From positions 41,974-105,973 of the forward strand of contig JAZDGT010000002.1 in assembly GCA_043806635.1 (NCBI GenBank): a stretch of DNA of 64,000 nt, given 5' to 3'. The position numbers were made by a program, and so were the translations under genes. How positions within the stretch are numbered: position 1 is the first letter of the stretch; every line of letters starts with the position of its first letter. Below are positions 40,301-49,225 of the stretch, piece by piece. This DNA is from Methanobacteriota archaeon (GTDB lineage Archaea > Thermoplasmatota > E2 > DHVEG-1). A model generated the notes under the pieces. The model ran no database searches. It was not told the DNA's origin and saw nothing but the letters and a program-made list of their open reading frames with translations.

Positions 40301-43300
40301 ATGATACGAAAAATCATCAAACGAGACGGAAAAATCGCGGATTTCAACCCGATAAAAATCACAGAAGCTATCTGGAAAGCAGCGCAAGCAGTCGGAGGAA
40401 AAGACTACAAAAAAGCAATCGAAATTGCTGATAAAGTGGTTACGTATCTCGAGAAAAACCTGAAACGAGGAGAAATCCCGACTGTTGAACAAGTCCAAGA
40501 TATCGTAGAAAAAATCCTTATTGAGGACGGCCATGCAAAAACCGCGAAAGCCTACATCCTCTACCGGAAACAACACCAGGATATGCGAGAAATCGGTGGA
40601 CTACTCAAAGACATCGATGTCGTCGATGGATACCTGAGCATGATGGACTGGAAAGTCAACGAAAACAGTAACATGAGCTACTCACTCCAAGGACTTAATG
40701 TGTATGCTACCGAGAACATCATCTCCCATTACTGGTTGAATAAGATATACCCGCCAGAGATCGGAGAGGCACATTCGAAAGGATTATTCCATCTTCATGA
40801 TCTCGGCACCCTTGGGGCGTATTGTGTTGGTTGGGACCTCAAAGATCTTCTCCTTCTTGGATTCCGCGGTGTCTCTGGAAAAATTGAGAGTAAACCTGCG
40901 AAACACTTCAGCACCGCGCTCATGCAAGTCGTCAATTACCTCTACACCCTCCAGGGGGAAGCAGCAGGGGCACAAGCACTCTCAAATTTTGACACATTAC
41001 TTGCTCCGTTCATCGACCATGATGGATTGAATTATACCCAAGTCAAACAAGAGATGCAAAAATTTATGTTCAACATGAACGTGCCTACAAGGGTCGGGTT
41101 TCAAAGCCCGTTCACCAATATCACCATGGATCTCACCGTCCCTAGCTATATGACGGATGAACCAGCAATCATCGGTGGAGAACTCGTGGATGATAACTAC
41201 AATAGTTACACCGAAGAGATGGACATGATAAACCATTCATTTGCTGAAATCATGTATGATGGAGACGCGAAAGGACGACCATTCACTTTTCCGATACCCA
41301 CCTATAATATTACGAAGGATTTCAGTTGGGAGAATAACGGTCTTGAACCACTTTGGGAGATGACCGCAAAATATGGTATCCCCTACTTCTCCAATTTTAT
41401 TAATAGCGATATGAAACCCGATGATGCACGATCTATGTGTCCTTTAGCGGGTGATGAAAAAGTCCTTATTAAATCTTCCAGAGGAAGAGTTGTTGAATAT
41501 TCATCAATTCGAAATATCTATGAGGGGAACAGTAACCAAGAGGAATACGAAATCTATAGTGACGGGGAGTTTATCAAAGGGAGATTTAACAAATGGAATG
41601 ATCAACAAATGGTAAAAGTTAAACTGGTAAATGGACACGAAATTAAAATGTCCTCTCATCATTTGAACTATGTAATGAATAATCAGAAGGAAAAGAAAGA
41701 GATAGTAGTGAAAGCAAGGGAATTACAACCTGGTATGTATTTACCATATTCGTTACATGAATATGAAGGGTCTGGAGGAACAAAAGAACTAGGGTATTTT
41801 ATTGGAGCATATGCTGGAGATGGATCATTTGATGGAGATACCACTGTTATATTTTCTTTAGAGAATCACTATAAGAAGAATGTTATTACAAAGCTTCGAA
41901 AAATAGCTGAAGATTATTTTGGTGCACATTGTACAGTCATTGCTGATAAAAAAACGAAATTGACAACATTAAAGGTTCATTCTAAAGCAGCTGTCGGAAT
42001 ATGCAGAGATTATGTTGAAGGAATAAAGAGAAATAAAAGATATAATGCAAGAGTCTTTACAGCGAGCTCGACTTTTAGAAAAGGAGTAGTAACAGGTCAT
42101 TACGCCACTGATGGAGGCAACAGGAGCAGAATCTATACATCTTCACCGCAAATGGTAGAAACGTTAAACATGCTAGCTGCAACATTGGGTACGACTACCA
42201 GTATTTACGAAGATAGTCGAGAAGGAAGGCTTGGAGAAGAACCCAATTACGCAGTATTAGTATATAAATTAAATAGAGAAAATTATAGTGACATTTGGTT
42301 TAAGAAAAATAAAAAATTATGGGTAAAAATTAAAAAAATCATACCTATAACTAATAACGCTGCGTATTGTTTTGAGGTGAAAAATGGATCTCCTGTCTTC
42401 ACAATAGGAACAACAGGGGTTTTAACACATAATTGTCGTTTGAGATTAGATAATCGGGAGCTCCGGAAACGCGGTGGCGGACTTTTTGGAGCGAACCCGA
42501 AAACCGGGTCCATCGGTGTTGTCACCATCAACATGCCCCGAATCGGGTACCTCGCGAAAAACGACGCGGATTTCTTCGAACGACTTGATCAACTCATGAC
42601 GCTCGCGAAACATAGCTTGGAGATCAAACGTGAACTTATTGAAAACCTCACGTATAGCGGGCTTCATCCGTACTCCCGGTTCTATCTTGCAGATGTGAAA
42701 AAAACCTTCGGTGAGTATTGGAAAAACCATTTCTCTACTATCGGCCTTGTTGGCATGAATGATGCGTTACTGAATTTCATGAATAAAAGCATTGGTGATA
42801 AAGACGGGAAAATATTCGCAGAAAAAGTACTGGATTACATGAGGAAACGGATAGCGGATTTCCAAGAAGACACAGGAAATATCTTTAACCTCGAGGCGAC
42901 ACCTGCTGAGGGGACCAGCTATCGACTCGCACGAATCGATAAAGCAGAGTACCCTGATCTTCGTGTCTACAACCAGGAAGTCTATACGGTGAACCGCGGA
43001 ACAGACGTTGAGCCGTACTATACGAACTCAACGCAACTACCTGTCGGCTACACCTCAGACATCTTTGAAGCCCTTGACTTACAAGATACTCTGCAATCAA
43101 AATATACTGGTGGAACCGTACTGCATATCTTCCTAGGAGAAGAAGAACCCTCGCCAACAGCAACGAAAAAACTTGTTCGACGTATCGCAGAAAACTACTC
43201 ACTCCCATACTATACGATCACCCCAACATTCAGTGTCTGCCCAGATCATGGGTATATTGCGGGGAAACACCAGCATTGCCCGACCTGTCAAGCAGAGAAA

Positions 43301-43438
43301 AAAACGACGGAATGCGAGGTGTACTCTCGTGTTGTCGGGTACATCCGACCGGTGAACCAATGGAACAAAGGAAAACAACAAGAGTTCATTGACCGGAAAA
43401 CATTTGATATGACTGAACGTGTTTCAGTGACAGCATGA
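40301..43438 (+). CDS. nrdD: Anaerobic ribonucleoside-triphosphate reductase NrdD (class III), interrupted by an in-frame intein.
   Basis: N-terminal ATP-cone (IIKRDGKIADFNPIKI). C-terminal Zn site CPDHGYIAGKHQHCPTC and glycyl-radical motif VYSRVVGYIRPV. An insertion of 332 aa has intein junctions. Confidence 0.92.
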   Translation: MIRKIIKRDGKIADFNPIKITEAIWKAAQAVGGKDYKKAIEIADKVVTYLEKNLKRGEIPTVEQVQDIVEKILIEDGHAKTAKAYILYRKQHQDMREIGGLLKDIDVVDGYLSMMDWKVNENSNMSYSLQGLNVYATENIISHYWLNKIYPPEIGEAHSKGLFHLHDLGTLGAYCVGWDLKDLLLLGFRGVSGKIESKPAKHFSTALMQVVNYLYTLQGEAAGAQALSNFDTLLAPFIDHDGLNYTQVKQEMQKFMFNMNVPTRVGFQSPFTNITMDLTVPSYMTDEPAIIGGELVDDNYNSYTEEMDMINHSFAEIMYDGDAKGRPFTFPIPTYNITKDFSWENNGLEPLWEMTAKYGIPYFSNFINSDMKPDDARSMCPLAGDEKVLIKSSRGRVVEYSSIRNIYEGNSNQEEYEIYSDGEFIKGRFNKWNDQQMVKVKLVNGHEIKMSSHHLNYVMNNQKEKKEIVVKARELQPGMYLPYSLHEYEGSGGTKELGYFIGAYAGDGSFDGDTTVIFSLENHYKKNVITKLRKIAEDYFGAHCTVIADKKTKLTTLKVHSKAAVGICRDYVEGIKRNKRYNARVFTASSTFRKGVVTGHYATDGGNRSRIYTSSPQMVETLNMLAATLGTTTSIYEDSREGRLGEEPNYAVLVYKLNRENYSDIWFKKNKKLWVKIKKIIPITNNAAYCFEVKNGSPVFTIGTTGVLTHNCRLRLDNRELRKRGGGLFGANPKTGSIGVVTINMPRIGYLAKNDADFFERLDQLMTLAKHSLEIKRELIENLTYSGLHPYSRFYLADVKKTFGEYWKNHFSTIGLVGMNDALLNFMNKSIGDKDGKIFAEKVLDYMRKRIADFQEDTGNIFNLEATPAEGTSYRLARIDKAEYPDLRVYNQEVYTVNRGTDVEPYYTNSTQLPVGYTSDIFEALDLQDTLQSKYTGGTVLHIFLGEEEPSPTATKKLVRRIAENYSLPYYTITPTFSVCPDHGYIAGKHQHCPTCQAEKKTTECEVYSRVVGYIRPVNQWNKGKQQEFIDRKTFDMTERVSVTA
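41438..42433 (+). mobile_element. Intein with a LAGLIDADG homing-endonuclease domain inside nrdD (332 aa).
   Basis: Starts with Cys (CPLAGDEKVLIK) and ends ...GVLTHN, followed by a +1 Cys (CRLRLDN). Two LAGLIDADG-type motifs, LGYFIGAYAGDGSF and VVTGHYATDGGN. The segment is visibly more AT-rich than the flanking exteins. Confidence 0.85.
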
Positions 43439-44130
43439 AGATTGGTGGACTACAAAAAACATCACTCTTAGACTATCCGGATAATGTGAGTGCAATAGTC
43501 TGGACCATAGGGTGTAACTTCCGGTGCCCATTCTGCTACAACAAAGCCATAGCATTGGGCACGACGCTCACTTTTTTTCCTGAGGAAGAAATCATCCAGT
43601 TCCTTGAGAAACGACAAGGACTCCTCGACGGCGTCGTCATCACCGGCGGAGAGCCGCTCCTGCAAGAAGGCATCATCGAATTTGTACGACGAATAAAACA
43701 AATCGGATATCGTGTCAAGATTGATACGAATGGCTCACAACCAGAAAAACTACTCGAGCTGATTAAACAACATCTTGTCGATTATATTGCGATGGATATC
43801 AAAGCACCACGAACAAAATACGACGAGCTTGCTGGCATAAAAGTAGATCTTGCTAAGATAGCCCAATCCATTGAACTGATAAAAAACGCGGGAATCGATT
43901 ACGAGTTCCGCACCACGGTTGTTCCTGATTTACTCAAACAAGAAGATATTGTTGAGATCGCGCAATGGATCCAGGGAGCAAAACGATACTTTCTCCAGCA
44001 GTTCCGGATTAACCCACCGTTAGTCTCCTCAAAACTAGAAAAAATTCAACCCTACACAAAAGACCAACTTCAAAAAATGTGCGACGCCGTAAAATCCTTT
44101 GTTCAAACCTGCTATATACGAGGCGTATAG
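43435..44130 (+). CDS. nrdG: Anaerobic RNR activating enzyme NrdG (radical SAM).
   Basis: GCNFRCPFCYN cluster motif and VVITGGEPLLQ. ATGA overlap with nrdD. Confidence 0.88.
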   Translation: MKIGGLQKTSLLDYPDNVSAIVWTIGCNFRCPFCYNKAIALGTTLTFFPEEEIIQFLEKRQGLLDGVVITGGEPLLQEGIIEFVRRIKQIGYRVKIDTNGSQPEKLLELIKQHLVDYIAMDIKAPRTKYDELAGIKVDLAKIAQSIELIKNAGIDYEFRTTVVPDLLKQEDIVEIAQWIQGAKRYFLQQFRINPPLVSSKLEKIQPYTKDQLQKMCDAVKSFVQTCYIRGV

Positions 44131-44149
44131 ACGGAAAACCAGGTTAGAA

Positions 44150-44797
44150 TTATTTCTTACGGACCAATCTCGTCTGAATTTTTTCACTCGATAATTCTCT
44201 GAGCGCGTCACGGGCAATCCACCGAGCAGACGACGAATCAATTTCCATGATTTCCTGTGCACACCATATTGCTTTTTTATTCAAAGTCTGGTTTCTTTTC
44301 CCAATATTTCGCAACGCCCAATTCACCGCTTTCTTCACATAATTCCGTTCATCAACCGCATATCTTTTCATCAACGGAAAAACGTTCTCAAACTGTTTAT
44401 CAGCAGCTGTTTTATCATGAACCGCTAGACCGGCAACTAACGAAAATGCGGCACGTCGAACAAACTCTTCGTCTCGTTTCGCCCATTCAAACACTTTCTT
44501 CCACGCATATTTTGTTTGATCAAAAAGACTCGTGCATGCTTGATCGCAGACATCCCATGAGTTAAAATCCTTTGCCCACTGATCCATTTGTTCGCTAGTT
44601 ACTTGTGTAGGATCATCAAGAAGTACTGCAAGCAACCGAGCATCATGAATACCGGAATCCCATAATTGTAACGCAAGCTGATGATTTGTCCCTATTTCTT
44701 TTGCTAGCGGTCTGAGTTTATAAATTGAGACTCCAAGGTTATTCTGTGGATTGATTCCGTATCGTGCCATCCCTTGTACTGCATTCGTATCAGCCAT
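44150..44797 (-). CDS. DNA alkylation repair protein (AlkD-like HEAT-repeat family).
   Basis: LWDSGIHDARLLAVLL, EFVRRAAFSLVAGL, NYVKKAVNWALRNIGKR. Confidence 0.6.
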   Translation of the reverse strand: MADTNAVQGMARYGINPQNNLGVSIYKLRPLAKEIGTNHQLALQLWDSGIHDARLLAVLLDDPTQVTSEQMDQWAKDFNSWDVCDQACTSLFDQTKYAWKKVFEWAKRDEEFVRRAAFSLVAGLAVHDKTAADKQFENVFPLMKRYAVDERNYVKKAVNWALRNIGKRNQTLNKKAIWCAQEIMEIDSSSARWIARDALRELSSEKIQTRLVRKK

Positions 44798-44848
44798 AGC
44801 TGTAAGTCTTCCAATAATATCGTGGTAATTTACTATAGACTATCACTC

Positions 44849-46015
44849 CTATAATAAACTGTTAAAAAGATAACCGACTAACAGGACTTGAGGGACGGTA
44901 AGAAGAGGCAACCATATCGCTGCTTTATGCCCAATATTACTCCAGATAAGCCCGATCTCAGTCATATCGGTCGAAACCCCTGCCATCAGGAAGGTTACGC
45001 TATTCCCAAACGCGCGGGTCTGATTAAAAATCTCAAACGCAAGCGGGGAGCTCCCTTCTGAGCAGACTTCAATGACGGTTGCAAAAAACAACGTGACAAG
45101 AAGTCCTAGTAATGATGGTCCCATATATGTCATGAATATATCGTGAGGAATGTATGCTCGTGCAACTGCTGCCATCACCATGCCGATGAGCAGCCACCAC
45201 ATCACCATTTTTGTCAGTGACCATGATCCTTTCAATGTTCCTTTGGTTGCTTCCCACACATTATGACGGGTGAAACGGAACTCGTCCCATCGTCGTCGTA
45301 TATCTTGAAGAATAGAAAAATCTGTTAAAACTGGTCTGTCTTCGCCTTTATTACACTGCTGACATTCAACAAGTCCTTTTCGCTCAAGCATCTGATACAG
45401 TAAACCGGTGATAATCGCTATGATAAGGGCTGAGATAACAATGAAAAATGCTTTCCAACCAAAAAACCCGAATAAAAGAATTGTGATGGGAAGGTTAGCC
45501 CAGGGTGACGCAAGTAAGAATGCAACCACTGATGAGGTACTTGCTCCTTTTCTATAAAGCTCGATAGAGATCGCTAAAATCCCATGAGAGCATGCACTCA
45601 TAAGAAAACCAAAAATGACCGAGTAGATAATAGTGCGTTTCTGATGCCGGGAAAGATATTTTTGAATATAGGTTCGTGGAACGAAATAATCAATGATACC
45701 ACCGATAAGAAATCCAATGAGGACTGCCCACCAGATTAACCGAAGGTAATCGATAAACCCGTTATAGTATGGATTAAGGAATGGGATAAAATAACTGATC
45801 ACGACTGAGACAACAACAAATGAGAGAACGATGTAGAGTCGCTCTTGGTACCATTTCTTCGCTGGTTTGGCACAAGATGGGCAAGAGGGCTCGGGTTGAA
45901 GATTGTGTTCTTTCTCATATTTTTTTATGCAGTCGTTACAACAAAAATAGTGGCCATGCGCAGGTATTGTTCCTTTCATACCACAGATGGGGTCGATACG
46001 CTCATCAGTTTTCAT
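44849..46015 (-). CDS. Permease of the DUF318/ArsP-like family with an N-terminal YHS/TRASH-type metal-binding motif.
   Basis: DPICGMKGTIPAHGHYFCCNDCIKKY followed by about 8 TM helices. ATG at 46015 preceded by GGAG; the ORF track starts at 46099. Confidence 0.6.
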   Translation of the reverse strand: MKTDERIDPICGMKGTIPAHGHYFCCNDCIKKYEKEHNLQPEPSCPSCAKPAKKWYQERLYIVLSFVVVSVVISYFIPFLNPYYNGFIDYLRLIWWAVLIGFLIGGIIDYFVPRTYIQKYLSRHQKRTIIYSVIFGFLMSACSHGILAISIELYRKGASTSSVVAFLLASPWANLPITILLFGFFGWKAFFIVISALIIAIITGLLYQMLERKGLVECQQCNKGEDRPVLTDFSILQDIRRRWDEFRFTRHNVWEATKGTLKGSWSLTKMVMWWLLIGMVMAAVARAYIPHDIFMTYMGPSLLGLLVTLFFATVIEVCSEGSSPLAFEIFNQTRAFGNSVTFLMAGVSTDMTEIGLIWSNIGHKAAIWLPLLTVPQVLLVGYLFNSLL

Positions 46016-46147
46016 TTGGTATCTCCTACAACATGTAGACCGTGTATAATAAAAAGGAGAATCATGTGGTCGTCTTAAGATTATCGATGAGGAAACCAAG
46101 TCGGGTGATAAAAAAGCTAAATATCACTTTCCCCTTTTCGTTTACGT

Positions 46148-47068
46148 ATGGACTACGAATTAGCAATTATTGGTGCAGGACCGGCAGGGTACTCCGCAGG
46201 GATTTATGCGGTTCGTTCTGGTATTACCACAGCTCTTTTTGATCGTGGTGATGGTGGAGGTCGAGCAGTGCTCTCCCCGAACATTGAAAACTATGCGGGG
46301 TTCGAATCTATTTCCGGTACTGAATTAATGGAGAAGATGAAACATCATGCGAGTAAATATGTGACGATGCATTTGTATGAGGAAGTAAAAACCATTAAAC
46401 CGATGGAAAACCTGTTTGCATTGCAGACAAGTAAAGGAAATTACAAGGTTGGGGCGATTCTCCTCAGCACAGGAACCGAGCATAAAACATTGGATATCCC
46501 TGGAGAGAAAGAGTTCCAGGGGAAAGGAGTCTCGTATTGTGCAACCTGTGATGGGTTTTTTTTCCGAGGGAAACCAGTGGCGGTGATTGGTGGTGGGAGT
46601 ACTGCGGTGATGGAGGCGTTGTTCTTGAAACAGATCGGGTGTTCTGAGGTGTTTCTGATTCATCGGCGGGATCAGCTTCGGGCTGAAAAAATTTATGAGA
46701 CTGAGGCTCGGGAGAAAAATGTTCAAATAGTGTTAAATAAAGAGGTTGAAAAGATTTCTGGGTTGGATGTTCTGCAGATGCTGCATCTGAAGGATATGGT
46801 GACAGGGAAACTATCGACGCTGAGGGTTAATGGCGTGTTTGTTTCTGTTGGGCATATCCCGCAGAATATGCTTGCTCAGCAGCTTCAAGTGGCTCTTGAT
46901 ACGGATGGGTATATTGTGGTTGATCGGATGCAGCGTACTAACATAAAAGGGGTGTATGCTGCGGGTGATATCACGGGTGGTGTGCGTCAGGTGATTACTG
47001 CGTGTGCGGAAGGAGCGGTTGCTGCTCTTTCGACGACGGAGTCGTTAGGGAAAAAATACCCATATTAA
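46148..47068 (+). CDS. trxB: Thioredoxin-disulfide reductase.
   Basis: IIGAGPAGYSAGIY, redox CATCDG, GGGSTAVMEA, YAAGDITG. Confidence 0.9.
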   Translation: MDYELAIIGAGPAGYSAGIYAVRSGITTALFDRGDGGGRAVLSPNIENYAGFESISGTELMEKMKHHASKYVTMHLYEEVKTIKPMENLFALQTSKGNYKVGAILLSTGTEHKTLDIPGEKEFQGKGVSYCATCDGFFFRGKPVAVIGGGSTAVMEALFLKQIGCSEVFLIHRRDQLRAEKIYETEAREKNVQIVLNKEVEKISGLDVLQMLHLKDMVTGKLSTLRVNGVFVSVGHIPQNMLAQQLQVALDTDGYIVVDRMQRTNIKGVYAAGDITGGVRQVITACAEGAVAALSTTESLGKKYPY

Positions 47069-47074
47069 TGGTTA

Positions 47075-47145
47075 TTGTGAGCGAGTCGTAAGCCTCTTTG
47101 CAACAGGAGAAAAAGACAAATTTTTATGAAAATTGAGGACAGAAG
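47075..47145 (+). repeat. Cassette-boundary repeat, copy A (degenerate core plus conserved extension of about 46 bp).
   Basis: TTGTGAGCGAGTCGTAAGCCTCTTT + GCAACAGGAGAAAAAGACAAATTTTTATGAAAATTGAGGACAGAAG. Begins 7 nt after the trxB stop. Confidence 0.8.
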
Positions 47146-47168
47146 AAACTTGTATATCGAAAGTTATA

Positions 47169-47203
47169 TATACCATGGTATACATAGGTATACTTAGGTG
47201 TAC
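47169..47203. promoter_or_regulatory. Candidate operator of the toxin-antitoxin pair: a 14-bp palindrome plus three GGT(A/G)TAC repeats at 10-bp spacing.
   Basis: TATACCATGGTATA at 47169..47182. GGTATAC at 47177 and 47187, and GGTGTAC at 47197, ending 1 nt before the ATG at 47205. Confidence 0.5.
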
Positions 47204-47204
47204 T

Positions 47205-47444
47205 ATGAGTACGACAACCATTAAAATCCAAAATGATACGACATCACAAATCGATCAATTTCGCGAATATAAAAACGAGAGCTATGACGAGGTTATCAAA
47301 AAGCTTATCTATATTGTAAAAAACTTAAAAAAAGAACCAGAAGTCAGTAAAGAAACCATCAAAGCTATTGAAGCAGCAAGAGAGCGCATTAAAAAAGGAC
47401 ATTTCGTCAGCGAAGAAGTGGCAAAACAACGTCTGGGGCTTTAA
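47205..47444 (+). CDS. Type II antitoxin (small DNA-binding protein, RHH/CopG-like by size and position).
   Basis: MSTTTIKIQNDTTSQIDQFREYKNESYDEVIKKLIYIV... lies 3 nt upstream of a RelE-like gene. The ORF track starts at 47133. Confidence 0.6.
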   Translation: MSTTTIKIQNDTTSQIDQFREYKNESYDEVIKKLIYIVKNLKKEPEVSKETIKAIEAARERIKKGHFVSEEVAKQRLGL

Positions 47445-47447
47445 TGA

Positions 47448-47702
47448 ATGTATACCGTTGAATACGATGAAGAAGCTTTACTAAACCTAGAAAAATTAGA
47501 GAAGAAAATTAGGAAAAGAATTTTTGAAAAAATTAGTTCAACAAAAGAAAATCCATTTCATTATTTTGAGCGATTAACAGCAAGAGAAGAGTATAAACTT
47601 AGAGTTGGAGATTATCGAGTTATTGCTGATATCGATGAAAAGACAAAAAAGATATCTATTCTTTTCATAGGTCATAGAAAAAATATTTACGAAAAAAATT
47701 AA
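47448..47702 (+). CDS. relE: RelE/ParE-family type II toxin.
   Basis: YTVEYDEEALLNLEKL...KKIRKRIFEKI...YKLRVGDYRVIADIDEKTKKISILFIGHRKNIY. Confidence 0.8.
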   Translation: MYTVEYDEEALLNLEKLEKKIRKRIFEKISSTKENPFHYFERLTAREEYKLRVGDYRVIADIDEKTKKISILFIGHRKNIYEKN

Positions 47703-47710
47703 TTTTTTAG

Positions 47711-47778
47711 GTGCTGGGTATAGGCCGTAAGCCTCTTTATAATTCCTGTAAAATAAGAAATTTTGAGATTTTAGAAGA
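47711..47778 (+). repeat. Cassette-boundary repeat, copy B.
   Basis: GTGCTGGGTATAGGCCGTAAGCCTCTTT, with one mismatch to copies C and D, followed by a diverged AT-rich extension ending TTTTAGAAGACG. Begins 8 nt after the relE stop. Confidence 0.8.
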
Positions 47779-47863
47779 CGTAATTTTCACGAAATAAATT
47801 ACTATTTTTTCAATAGGTTTTATAAATCATTACCTGATAACAACACAGATTGAGGAGAACAGG

Positions 47864-48385
47864 ATGACTGATATAATTCTTAAATTCAAATATACAGAAG
47901 ATGAATTTGTTAAAACAATGAAAAAATTAAATTATAAATTTTATAAATGGCAAATATTTTATTACATTTGCTTTATTATCATGGGATTAATAAATTGGCT
48001 TTTCTGGAACGAGACAACTTTGATTGTTATATGGATTAGTTTGGGTATTTTTGGATTATTCATATTTTCTTATGATTTTTATATACAACCTCGTAGATTC
48101 TTCCGAAAACATCCAAAATTACACGATGATTTTAATATCACTTTTACTGATGAAGGAATTGAAATAAAAACAAAACAGATTAATTTGATATTGGGATGGA
48201 ATAATTATAAAAAAGTTTTAGAAGATAAAAGTACATATATTCTTGTAAGGAGTTTACGTTCTAAAATAATCACTGAATTATTTCGCACTTTTATTCCTAA
48301 ACGCGTATTTGAAAATAGCCAACAAGAAGAAGATTTTAGAAAATTATTATCTGAAAAGGTTTCCAAGGATTTTAATAAAATTTAA
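47864..48385 (+). CDS. YcxB-like membrane protein (two TM helices plus a small beta domain).
   Basis: SD GAGGAG. WQIFYYICFIIMGLINWLFW and LIVIWISLGIFGLFIF. Very AT-rich. Confidence 0.5.
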   Translation: MTDIILKFKYTEDEFVKTMKKLNYKFYKWQIFYYICFIIMGLINWLFWNETTLIVIWISLGIFGLFIFSYDFYIQPRRFFRKHPKLHDDFNITFTDEGIEIKTKQINLILGWNNYKKVLEDKSTYILVRSLRSKIITELFRTFIPKRVFENSQQEEDFRKLLSEKVSKDFNKI

Positions 48386-48499
48386 ATTCATTGTCAACGT
48401 TGAGCATAAAACAAGATGTTCTAAGGGAATGTTGTAAAGTTAGGTGTTTCTGATTTAAAGATTATTCTTTGATATATAAAAGGTTGAAAGAAATAATTA

Positions 48500-48596
48500 T
48501 TACTTTTTTGCGGCTTTAAAATAATCTATAAGTCTTTGTATCACTTCTGAGTAAGTTTCTCCTTTTTCTGCTATCACAAAACTTCTACCTTTTAAT
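48500..48596 (-). pseudogene. 3' remnant of an antitoxin-like gene, truncated at repeat copy C.
   Basis: The reverse-strand reading ...LKGRSFVIAEKGETYSEVIQRLIDYFKAAKK* matches ...NESYDEVIKKLIYIVKNLKK of the 47205 antitoxin. No start codon occurs before the reading frame enters the repeat. Confidence 0.45.
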
Positions 48597-48671
48597 TGTG
48601 CTGGGTGTAGGCCGTAAGCCTCTTTGCAACAGGAGAAAAACACAATTTTTATAAAAATTGGAAGACAGAAG
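48596..48671 (+). repeat. Cassette-boundary repeat, copy C (full core plus extension).
   Basis: TTGTGCTGGGTGTAGGCCGTAAGCCTCTTT + GCAACAGGAGAAAAACACAATTTTTATAAAAATTGGAAGACAGAAG. The extension is about 90% identical to copy A. Confidence 0.85.
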
Positions 48672-48861
48672 ATCATGAAAACATTATTTTGGAAAGTAAT
48701 CGGGGCGGCGGAGTAAGCTATCAACCTTTTTCTCAATCCTGTTGAATTTGAACTTTAAAGCTTTAGAATATGTATTTTTTTCGTGAAAAACGTCTAATAT
48801 AGATAAAGATTTTAATAATGGAAAAATGATATAACATTATTGTTTGGTGGAGGTTAAAGAA

Positions 48862-49176
48862 ATGAAAATCAAGAAGTATGTCTTTAATTTAAGTAATGTT
48901 ATAGAGGAATTGAACTTACTCAAGAGGCATATAATTATTCTTAAAACTCTGCGAAAGAATGAACCTCTCGGGATCGTGAAATTATCCAGATTAACAAAAT
49001 ATCCGGGACATTTAGTACGATATTCTTTGAGCGAACTAGAAAAAAGAGGAATGATAAAACCATCTAGCAAGGGAGCTCTCACAACAGATTCTGTAGATAA
49101 TAATCTTGTTTTATTAGAAAAACAATTGAAAGAAATAAAAAAAGAAATTAACAAAGTAATGATGATCCTTAGATAA
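48862..49176 (+). CDS. Winged-helix transcriptional regulator (104 aa).
   Basis: SD GGTGGAGGT. LKRHIIILKTLRKNEPLGIVKLSRLTKYPGHLVRYSLSELEKRGMI. The ORF track starts at a TTG at 48844. Confidence 0.55.
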   Translation: MKIKKYVFNLSNVIEELNLLKRHIIILKTLRKNEPLGIVKLSRLTKYPGHLVRYSLSELEKRGMIKPSSKGALTTDSVDNNLVLLEKQLKEIKKEINKVMMILR

Positions 49177-49225
49177 GTTGTTTCATATTGCAGATCAGAT
49201 AATTTCTAAATTCAAATTTAAATAG

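Noticed and set aside
48500-48736. 78-aa ORF in the track, treated as a real gene.
   Set aside because: Its N-terminal two-thirds is the reverse-complement reading of repeat copy C and its tail. Only the last ~30 codons resemble an antitoxin, so it is interpreted as a remnant.
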